Origin: a virus
Lineage: Duplodnaviria; Caudoviricetes
IMG/VR virus record: IMGVR_UViG_3300033388_001284
Span: 1-51,635 of that record
Direction: 5' to 3' (one strand)
Length of the DNA stretch: 51,635 bases
The translations under genes and the position numbers were made by a program. The notes beneath the pieces were generated by a model that was not told the origin of the DNA, made no database searches, and saw nothing but the letters and a program-made list of their open reading frames with translations. How positions within the stretch are numbered: the first letter of the stretch is position 1; each line of letters opens with the position of its first letter. Of this stretch, positions 44,356 to 51,635 are shown one piece after another.

Positions 44356-45706
44356 TATGTACTAAGTACAAGTTTTTCTTTGCTCTGGTAACACCCACGT
44401 AGAACACCCGGTGTTCACTGTCTGGGTTCTTGTTTAAGTTTTCGTGTACCTGTTTTGTTATATTAAGAAGTAGTACAACATTATCTGCTTCCGAGCCCTT
44501 GGTAGCATGTATTGTATTAACCTCTATGGTATAATCGTTAAGTACTCTACCTTTAGTAACAAAGTTTCTTATATGTGTTTTCTTAGCTGCTTCCCACTTA
44601 AACGACATCCACCAAGGTTGCTTGAAACTGAAGTGCTCCTCAAGAACTCTCCTCAACTTTAGATCGTCTTTATCACTGACTATTAAAGTCTTCTGTGCTT
44701 GCTCGTATAATTGAACCATATTCAGGTCTTCTTGTGTTATAGACGGGGAACCTTTATACCTATAAGGATATCCACCGTCCTCAAGCATCTCTTTAACACC
44801 GTTAAGGAACGTGTTATTCCTAGATAGAAACATCCAACTCTCACAATTGTCAAGTGGCAATCCTTTAAGGTTATTCATTGTGTAAACAGCACCATCTTTA
44901 CCGGTTGACTCATAATGTTTCTCTACTCTTTTAGATATCAATTTTGTGATGTTCTTTGACAAGTTAAGAACCGCTCTTGGAAGCCTATAACTCTGTCTAA
45001 GGATCTCTATATCACCATCCAATTCTAAGAAGTAGTTTACATCGGCACCTGACCATTGGTAAATGGCTTGGTCATCATCCCCGGCGACATATATTGTATC
45101 AACATGTTTAAAGGCAGCCCATATCATTCTCCACTGTAACGAAGATAGATCCTGTGCCTCATCGACAATTGCCACCTTGACAGGTACCGCTTCACCATTG
45201 TCAATGAACTGTTCTATTAGATCAGTATAGTCTCTTAATTTCATGTGGTCTTTAAATCGTTTGTAGTTGTGCTTAACAAAGTTATATTTGCTTATATCAA
45301 CGCTGTCTAGATGTGTTCTGGTTGCCGATGGGTTGTTCCTGTGTAGGTCTTGTAGGAACAGATATTTATCATCGTTATGTTTAAGATCTTCTGTGTAGTA
45401 ACCGGTGAAATACATCCCTAGTTTCTTAGAAAACTCTCTATAATGAGATTTCTGTACCATCTCATTCTGTTTGGCTCCCAAAGAGAAGAAAGCCAAACTG
45501 TGTAACGTTCTAAAGTATGGGTAGTCCTTATCGCTACCACCAAACTTCTCTTTGGCTCTCTTCTTCCCCTGATTAACGCCTTCCCTAGTGTAACTAACAA
45601 AGGCTATTTCTTCCTTCTTATATGTTTTTAAAAGCTCCTCCAGTATACTGAGGAGCTTGGTTGTTTTCCCAGTGCCTGGGGGCCCAAAAATTAGGTTAGT
45701 CTGCAT
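44321..45706 (-). CDS. UvrD/Rep-like SF1 helicase
   Basis: GPPGTGKT, TLHS, DEAQD, GDDDQAIY, QSYR, TIHATKGSEAD, YVGVTRAK. Confidence 0.92.
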   Translation of the reverse strand: MQTNLIFGPPGTGKTTKLLSILEELLKTYKKEEIAFVSYTREGVNQGKKRAKEKFGGSDKDYPYFRTLHSLAFFSLGAKQNEMVQKSHYREFSKKLGMYFTGYYTEDLKHNDDKYLFLQDLHRNNPSATRTHLDSVDISKYNFVKHNYKRFKDHMKLRDYTDLIEQFIDNGEAVPVKVAIVDEAQDLSSLQWRMIWAAFKHVDTIYVAGDDDQAIYQWSGADVNYFLELDGDIEILRQSYRLPRAVLNLSKNITKLISKRVEKHYESTGKDGAVYTMNNLKGLPLDNCESWMFLSRNNTFLNGVKEMLEDGGYPYRYKGSPSITQEDLNMVQLYEQAQKTLIVSDKDDLKLRRVLEEHFSFKQPWWMSFKWEAAKKTHIRNFVTKGRVLNDYTIEVNTIHATKGSEADNVVLLLNITKQVHENLNKNPDSEHRVFYVGVTRAKKNLYLVHSDTKYEYKIYR

Positions 45707-45902
45707 ACCTGAACTCCCATTTAGCCTTAGCAATACACTCACTATACAGCGCACATGGTGGTACATAAGGGTTGCTTTCTACTCTATCATGCAAACAATT
45801 ATCACAACACTTTAATTTCTCTATGAAGTCTAAGACCGCCTTATCTTTATCTGAATCGTTAAATAGTACTACTTTATCACCTATCAAAATACCTTGCTTC
45901 AT
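45696..45902 (-). CDS. Cys4 small protein
   Basis: CCDNC..PPC..C; GAGAGG RBS. Confidence 0.6.
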   Translation of the reverse strand: MKQGILIGDKVVLFNDSDKDKAVLDFIEKLKCCDNCLHDRVESNPYVPPCALYSECIAKAKWEFRYAD

Positions 45903-45911
45903 AATCCTCTC

Positions 45912-47468
45912 CTAATATGGTTTCTCATCATAATCTTTACTAAAATCTACGTCAAACTCATCAATTTTAGTCTCATCTATAAACTTACTTAGTGCCTCAA
46001 CAGGTAACTGCCAAGCTCTTAATTGTCTATTCTTCTTATTTATATAGTAACACTTTGACTTGCCACCTAGATCTAAGATCCTCATTCTTACTTCAGCATC
46101 TGAGTAAGCTCTAAATTGTTTGACCTGACGTAGAAAGGCATATAGGTTCTTAGCTTTAAATATGTAGGCACCTAAGTCTTTGTCATGGTACACCTTGTCA
46201 AGCAACAAGTCTTCTTTGGCGATTGCCATTGACTTACCTGTCATAAATTCTGTTAAGTGCTCCATGAAGATAGCTCCTGTGGACATATCCTCCTCAATGG
46301 CTATTGTTATTACTTTTATGTTAAGTAATGCACTGTTAACAATCTTACACCAATTGTTCTCTTTCAGTCTACCGGGTAATTTATGTAGAGTACGGAAACA
46401 AAGTTCTCTGAACTTTGCTTGGTTTATTATGTCTGATTCTTTCTCAAATCTTAAAGGCTTACCGTCTACTACCCACTCGTATGTTGGTGGATCTGTCATA
46501 TGTTGATAGAAATCTTCATAGGTCAGTTCACTTACTTCATCACCCCCTATGCCATACTGTCTATTCTTACATGTTATCTTATTACAGTAACCCACAATAG
46601 GATCTTGTGAACATCTGTATGTATAATCTTTCTTTTCGTGTGATTTTATAACTGAGTTATAAACCTCGCTACTTGGTAACTGCTTATCTCCAAGTTGTCT
46701 GTTTGCTTCGTCAATGTGCGTTTCGTATTGGTCACCATACTTTGCTTTAAAGTATACTGCTAGAGAGAACAAGTAATTATTTCTACTTGTAGTATCACCT
46801 TTTAAGTATATATGTTGTAGACAAGGTGGTGCATCGTGTAATTCTACTGTCTCTAATGTCCCTTTGGCAGTTGTCATGGTGGCCATTCTGCTTTTTATTA
46901 TCTGTAAAGCCTCTTCCAGTGTTGCCGGAGTACGATCTGCTTTTACTAACACAGCTTTAGCTTTATCTTTGTTGTAGTAAGGAAGGTTTATCCAATTACC
47001 AATACCACCTGATTTCAAGTTGTTCTGTTTAGGAAATACTTCAGTTGTCAGAGACAGTCCAAGTAACACACAATATTCTCTAAGTACTTCAATAAGTGTT
47101 TTAGCCTTTACTGGTTCTTCTAGGAACATGTACAAGTGCCAACCACCGCTCTTTGACCTAAAAGGGAACAGCGGCAGGTTGTGCTGATAGATGAGGTCTA
47201 ATAGATAGTCAAAAGAACTATTATACACATCAACATCTATTACTCCGAACTTACAAGTTGAGTTAGGTGTTATTGGTGATATACCTAAACCTCTCTTACC
47301 ATTTAAGTGATCCTCGTATAAGTGGTCTAGTACCATCTCATTTTTAGTGTACGTTTTACCGTTTAGTTCCTTCTTACCATCTACCACTTCTCCATATTCA
47401 TGTACTCCGTACCCAGTGGTATTACCTGAGAAAAGTTCTATAAAAGTTTGTGATGTTAGTACATTCAT
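45912..47468 (-). CDS. Archaeo-eukaryotic primase-family protein (TOTE-primase-like N-domain, PriCT-like region)
   Basis: HL.G..LGI.P, IDVD, RSKSGGWH, EVFPKQ..GNWINLPY, PPCL, RNN.LF. Confidence 0.85.
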   Translation of the reverse strand: MNVLTSQTFIELFSGNTTGYGVHEYGEVVDGKKELNGKTYTKNEMVLDHLYEDHLNGKRGLGISPITPNSTCKFGVIDVDVYNSSFDYLLDLIYQHNLPLFPFRSKSGGWHLYMFLEEPVKAKTLIEVLREYCVLLGLSLTTEVFPKQNNLKSGGIGNWINLPYYNKDKAKAVLVKADRTPATLEEALQIIKSRMATMTTAKGTLETVELHDAPPCLQHIYLKGDTTSRNNYLFSLAVYFKAKYGDQYETHIDEANRQLGDKQLPSSEVYNSVIKSHEKKDYTYRCSQDPIVGYCNKITCKNRQYGIGGDEVSELTYEDFYQHMTDPPTYEWVVDGKPLRFEKESDIINQAKFRELCFRTLHKLPGRLKENNWCKIVNSALLNIKVITIAIEEDMSTGAIFMEHLTEFMTGKSMAIAKEDLLLDKVYHDKDLGAYIFKAKNLYAFLRQVKQFRAYSDAEVRMRILDLGGKSKCYYINKKNRQLRAWQLPVEALSKFIDETKIDEFDVDFSKDYDEKPY

Positions 47469-47491
47469 TTGTGTAGCCTTTAGTTAAGATA

Positions 47492-47511
47492 GGCCCTGAA
47501 TTAACAGGGCC
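47492..47511 (-). terminator. Hairpin after the SSB-like gene (terminator-like)
   Basis: GGCCCTG-AATTAA-CAGGGCC; weak U-tract. Confidence 0.5.
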
Positions 47512-47520
47512 CTTGTTTAT

Positions 47521-48267
47521 TTAATATGGTAAATCGTTGTCGTTTGATACTGGAGTTGATGCAGGTGGTAACTGTTTGGTGTTACTTACCTCTGGCTCAG
47601 GTAATGCCTTTTGTGCTAATGCTTCTACGTTAGCTACAGCATCTTTGATATATTTAACGTACTCATCTTCAGTTATAAGACGAACTCTCTCAACATTTGC
47701 CGCAGAGGATGATCCGATATTATGCCACATGTTACCATCTTTATTATTTAAAACTGATCCTAGTTTCCAGACAGTGGCAAAGAAAGGTGCTTTGTTACCA
47801 TTATCTAATCTTGTACATGCTATCAAAGTGTTCCAAGATTTAGCATATTTAATGGAAGCGCTCTTTAAAGATAGTATTTTAATACCTGAGTCCATATCAT
47901 CCGCTACATATACATAATACTCGATTATCTCTGACAACTCATTGCCATTAGGTAATACCCATTTAGCATATACATCTTTATTAACCCCTGCTGGTTCAGT
48001 GTCATGTACTGTTACAAAGCCTGCTCTATTAGGTTTCCACTCTATGAACTTTCTTTTGAAGTATACTGGTATGATATTAACTTCCTTGCCATATACTTTG
48101 TTAGTTATGGAGTCCATAAACATACCTTGTTTAGCACCCTTTACATAACCCTTGTCATCCTCATTACACTGTGGTGAAAGTTTCTGTAATATTTTTAGGT
48201 AAGGAATGTTTATATCCCCCATGCCCATGTTTACTTTGTCATCTGCTCCGTTTAAAAAATCACTCAT
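47521..48267 (-). CDS. Putative ssDNA-binding protein
   Basis: IPYLKILQ.LSPQ..GAK.G, EW.P, acidic DLPY tail. Confidence 0.7.
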   Translation of the reverse strand: MSDFLNGADDKVNMGMGDINIPYLKILQKLSPQCNEDDKGYVKGAKQGMFMDSITNKVYGKEVNIIPVYFKRKFIEWKPNRAGFVTVHDTEPAGVNKDVYAKWVLPNGNELSEIIEYYVYVADDMDSGIKILSLKSASIKYAKSWNTLIACTRLDNGNKAPFFATVWKLGSVLNNKDGNMWHNIGSSSAANVERVRLITEDEYVKYIKDAVANVEALAQKALPEPEVSNTKQLPPASTPVSNDNDLPY

Positions 48268-48290
48268 TTTACTGCTCCTGTTTTGTTTTG

Positions 48291-48842
48291 TTATTTTATT
48301 TTAGTTTTCTTATATATAAAAAGACCACACTCTTTAGGCACGTCTTCTATATTAACTCTTTGTATAGTATTTTTCTTAAGACCTAACAGGTCAGTGTAAT
48401 ATGCTTTCAATGTTTGTGGGTGGACTGTCTCCTCTTCTTTGAAGGGAACCGACTCATCTATAAGATAGTTTTTTATTGTATCCTCTGGACAATTTATTGT
48501 CAAGGTATCTTTAATAATATCTGCCCCATTATTATTTCTTAAGAAGTCTAAAGCTATCTTTCTCTTAGCCGGATCGGTCTTTGGTAAGGACACTTTTACA
48601 TCTTCTGTTATCTCAATCTTTGCACCAGTTCCAAGTGTAACTCCGCTCAGCCCCTTTAGTTGTAGGAACTCAGGTATCATTTCACCGGACAGTTTGAGCT
48701 CTTGCATCTTAAGTTTTTTTAAGTGCTCCTCACTCTCTTTTATATGTACTCTTAGCCCTTCCAAATCTTGACACATGATTGACAAATGTGAAAGGTCACT
48801 TGCTACTGGCTCATTGTCCAGTTGTTCTAAGAAATTACTCAT
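48291..48842 (-). CDS. Conserved replication-module protein
   Basis: IPE..G, FLR.N..DIIK, VHPQTLKA; start at ATG 48842 after GGAGGAG. Confidence 0.7.
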   Translation of the reverse strand: MSNFLEQLDNEPVASDLSHLSIMCQDLEGLRVHIKESEEHLKKLKMQELKLSGEMIPEFLQLKGLSGVTLGTGAKIEITEDVKVSLPKTDPAKRKIALDFLRNNNGADIIKDTLTINCPEDTIKNYLIDESVPFKEEETVHPQTLKAYYTDLLGLKKNTIQRVNIEDVPKECGLFIYKKTKIK

Positions 48843-49008
48843 CGGCTGTCTCCTCCAATAAAAATTCCAGTGATTCACATATATCGTCCCACTTGCACTC
48901 GTTACAGGGTGTCTTATCCTTGTAGCACAAAGAGGACTTAGCTTTATGCTCTGCTATTAACTTCTCGTCTAACTTCATTGTAACCACGTCTCTTAGTCTA
49001 AGCTTCAT
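48835..49008 (-). CDS. Cys4 small protein (57 aa)
   Basis: LCYKDKTPCNECKWDDIC..EETADE*; bracketed by 17-bp repeats. Confidence 0.6.
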   Translation of the reverse strand: MKLRLRDVVTMKLDEKLIAEHKAKSSLCYKDKTPCNECKWDDICESLEFLLEETADE

Positions 49009-49138
49009 CGGCTGTCTCCTCTACAGAATCATCTCTGCGTGCTTGTTCATCACACGTTATTCGGAACTTACAATCACTACAATCTATACCCCAACAATCA
49101 AAATCCTGCCACCGTTCGAAATCTGTCTTTTCTTCCAT
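48998..49138 (-). CDS. Cys4 small protein (46 aa)
   Basis: DCWGIDCSDCKFRITC..EETADEA*. Confidence 0.6.
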   Translation of the reverse strand: MEEKTDFERWQDFDCWGIDCSDCKFRITCDEQARRDDSVEETADEA

Positions 49139-49311
49139 CACACTTCCTCCGCTAAATATTCCTCTAGGTATTCACAACTAACTAGCCACCTACACTCCAC
49201 ACAAAAAGGATCACCAACTGAACACTTTATACGATCGTCTTTAAACTGTTTTAATAACTCAGTATTCTTAACCTTTAGCTCAAGTATAGTAGCTAACTTT
49301 ATATGTTCCAT
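49138..49311 (-). CDS. Cys4 small protein (57 aa)
   Basis: KCSVGDPFCVECRWLVSC..LAEEV*; bracketed by 22-bp repeats. Confidence 0.6.
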   Translation of the reverse strand: MEHIKLATILELKVKNTELLKQFKDDRIKCSVGDPFCVECRWLVSCEYLEEYLAEEV

Positions 49312-50969
49312 CACACTTCCTCCGCTATGTTTTTAATATCTGTGTTTCTAAAGTAATCAAGTAAACTCTTGTGAGATGACAATGCTGTATGAACCTTCTC
49401 GTCAACCGTTCCTTTGATCATAATATCTTTATAAACACATGTTTTTGTTTGACCACCTCTGTGTGTCCTGTCCTCACTTTGTAACCTGGTCTCTAATGAA
49501 TAGCTATTTGACAAGTAATAAGTGATACTTGCCATTTGTAGGTTTAACCCTATTCCCATACTGGAATTACCTACTAGAATGTCTACCTCACCACGCTTAA
49601 AAGCAGCTATTATATGTCGTCTTGCATCCTTATCTATCTCTCCGAAGTAGCCTTCAATTCTCTTGGTAGGAAATTCCTTACGGAGTGATTCTATAGTCTG
49701 CTTAATCTCAGCAGTAAACCGGCTCCAGATAATTATCTGTTCGTCACTTGTCTCATGTATATCAGCAATAACAGCGTTAACCTTTGGGTTACTCTTTCCA
49801 ATTGGCACTGGGTCACGATCCACTTTATACATGTCGTCCAGATCTTCAGTATAAGGAAAGAAGTTACTTGTTACTTGCTGTAACCTTGTTAATAAGGTCA
49901 TCTTGTTTGCAACTGTCAATTCTTTCTTGTCATATATAGTAACCAGCTCGTCTTTAAGCTCTTTATATATACGTTCCTGTTCCTTCGACATGTTAACAAA
50001 AAGTTTTTGGTATACTTTAGGAGGTAAGTCCAGGCATTCGTCTTTCCTGACTGTTATACTATCCTCTGCAACCTTACTTTTAAGTTCATCAAGGTACTTA
50101 TAAGGCTTACGCTCCCCCGGATGCTCAATAATATACTTAATATCATCCTGTGGTAGTTTCATCTTTGTTGCTATCTCGAAGATACTTTTACCTTGCTTGG
50201 AATATGCTCTAATATACTGCATTTCGACCTCTGTCACTTGCCTTGTATATTGTTGCATGTAACCACCGTTGCCTCTCCTTTGTTCCTGTACCTCAATTCC
50301 GTACCTTTGTTTGAATCCGTAAAAGTTCATCTCAAAATAATTAAACCTCAAGAACTCATGTATTGCCCAAATGTCATAAACACTGTTTGTTACTGCTGTA
50401 CCTGTAAGAGCTAACCGGTACTTAGAAGTATAATCAACTCCGGTTATTGCTCTGCCACGTCTCTTAAAGTTGTTTAAACCATAGACAATGTTGAAGAATC
50501 TCTTTGACTTAGGATTCTTAATACGTGTCACCTCGTCAATTATCACCATTGTATTATGTTTCTCACAAAAATCTTTAAATACCAAATAACTAGTGCCACT
50601 TGAAAATGTCTCAACGTTGACTGCAAACCACTTTAAGGAGTCAGTTTTCATGTTGACAAATGTCTCTAACTCACTGTTATACCTCTTTGTTTTCTTCGTA
50701 CTCCACAATAAGGAAGTAGTAGGTACTGGTGAATGTATATCCAATTGTTCTTGGATCCACTGCTCTGCTACACCATTCGGTGCAATAACCAACACAGCGT
50801 TTATTTTACCCTCCACGAATAGGTTTGATGCAATATCAATTGAAGTTTTTGTTTTCCCAGTTCCCATTTCCATATATAGAGCGTATCCCTCCTTACCATA
50901 AGCAGACATAAATGCCTCTGCCTGCTTTTCGTAAGGTTCTGTCTTATACAGATAATGATATTTACTCAT
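49311..50969 (-). CDS. SNF2-family helicase
   Basis: MEMGTGKT, IIDE..IKNP, LTGT, RLQQ, GIGLNLQ, QSEDRTHRGGQ. Confidence 0.92.
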   Translation of the reverse strand: MSKYHYLYKTEPYEKQAEAFMSAYGKEGYALYMEMGTGKTKTSIDIASNLFVEGKINAVLVIAPNGVAEQWIQEQLDIHSPVPTTSLLWSTKKTKRYNSELETFVNMKTDSLKWFAVNVETFSSGTSYLVFKDFCEKHNTMVIIDEVTRIKNPKSKRFFNIVYGLNNFKRRGRAITGVDYTSKYRLALTGTAVTNSVYDIWAIHEFLRFNYFEMNFYGFKQRYGIEVQEQRRGNGGYMQQYTRQVTEVEMQYIRAYSKQGKSIFEIATKMKLPQDDIKYIIEHPGERKPYKYLDELKSKVAEDSITVRKDECLDLPPKVYQKLFVNMSKEQERIYKELKDELVTIYDKKELTVANKMTLLTRLQQVTSNFFPYTEDLDDMYKVDRDPVPIGKSNPKVNAVIADIHETSDEQIIIWSRFTAEIKQTIESLRKEFPTKRIEGYFGEIDKDARRHIIAAFKRGEVDILVGNSSMGIGLNLQMASITYYLSNSYSLETRLQSEDRTHRGGQTKTCVYKDIMIKGTVDEKVHTALSSHKSLLDYFRNTDIKNIAEEV

Positions 50970-51231
50970 TACTTATCTCCAGTGTTATAATCTCGTCAGG
51001 AGGCAGTAACTCTACCAACATTGTATTATAACTAAGATCTCCAGTCCAACAATCATTATCAGTTTTTGGAGGTAGTAACATACCCTCGAATTCAGCAGAA
51101 CTAGCTGTTCTCATTACTAGCTCTCCTACTCTAGAGCTATTTGTAGCAATTCTTGCCACTTGTAAAGGCCGCATATCTCTTATACTAATCAGTCTTCTCT
51201 CATGTTCTTTTGCGTTTATTATTTTAATCAT
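50962..51231 (-). CDS. Hypothetical protein (tandem paralogue A)
   Basis: MIKII..MRPLQVARI..VMRTAS..FE..CW..VELL.PDE.ITLE.SN. Confidence 0.7.
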   Translation of the reverse strand: MIKIINAKEHERRLISIRDMRPLQVARIATNSSRVGELVMRTASSAEFEGMLLPPKTDNDCWTGDLSYNTMLVELLPPDEIITLEISNE

Positions 51232-51232
51232 T

Positions 51233-51505
51233 TTATCCATTACTTAGCTCCAAGGTTATCGCCTCGTCTGGTGAGAGTAGTTCCACCTCTAATCCTTGGT
51301 TTTTCATGGACAACTCCCAGCAAGCATCTACTGTACCATCAGTTATATCCATTACCTCAAACTTGCTTGTGGAGGCGGTACGAAGCACTATATGTCCTAC
51401 ACTGGAGGAACTTTGAGAAACTATTCTACCCACTTGTAGTGGTTCCATAGCCCCCATCAGTATTACAATTTTAATATCTGTTTTTCTCTCTACAATCTTT
51501 ATCAT
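51233..51505 (-). CDS. Hypothetical protein (tandem paralogue B)
   Basis: MIKIV..MEPLQVGRI..VLRTAS..FE..CW..VELLSPDEAITLELSN; start at ATG 51505. Confidence 0.7.
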   Translation of the reverse strand: MIKIVERKTDIKIVILMGAMEPLQVGRIVSQSSSSVGHIVLRTASTSKFEVMDITDGTVDACWELSMKNQGLEVELLSPDEAITLELSNG

Positions 51506-51521
51506 TTTATCCAATCCTTTT

Positions 51522-51635
51522 AATATAAAAATACTCCGGCAATGAGCCAGGGTCAAGTAACGAGTTAGGCATGTCAGTTAACCACCATTCATCTCGCTTT
51601 AGTCCTGCAGTTGTCAAGAAGTCAGCAACAAACTC
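51522..51635. repeat. 114-bp terminal direct repeat (copy 2)
   Basis: Identical to 1-114. Confidence 0.95.

Noticed and set aside
632-51450. Numerous antisense ORFs in the track (e.g. 632-970, 24279-24752, 29899-30363, 47537-47917)
   Set aside because: They shadow well-supported genes on the opposite strand and lack RBS or motifs
1-51635. Integrase, repressor, transposase or rRNA
   Set aside because: No recognisable motifs found; temperate lifestyle unsupported, though very divergent genes cannot be excluded by eye

Overview
Apparently complete, circularly assembled ~51.5 kb AT-rich tailed dsDNA phage genome (bases 1-114 recur at 51522-51635), standard genetic code, with a contractile-tail (myovirus-type) gene set and no recognisable integrase or repressor. 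A divergent control region (~9.3-10.4 kb) separates two arms. The leftward arm holds many small early ORFs, a beta-clamp-like gene, a DUF5664 diphosphohydrolase, a frameshifted PD-(D/E)XK nuclease and a permuted papain gene spanning the contig junction; it continues into a replication block (SNF2 helicase, SSB-like, AEP primase, UvrD-like helicase, PolA, resolvase, ThyX-like). The rightward arm holds micro-ORFs, an atypical tRNA, structured RNAs and a Tad2/DUF2829 gene, then terminase, portal, head, neck, tail, baseplate and lysis genes. Most notable observations: (1) the DUF4054-type head-tail adaptor is fused to ~1240 aa of beta-helix/pectate-lyase-like domains; (2) small accessory genes are repeatedly bracketed by 13-50 bp direct repeats carrying stop/RBS/start junctions; (3) the palindrome GNCAATTGNC is strongly over-represented; (4) several structured RNA candidates, including a tRNA-like element that fits an 8/4 fold. 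All family assignments come from motif recognition and gene order by eye, not from database searches.
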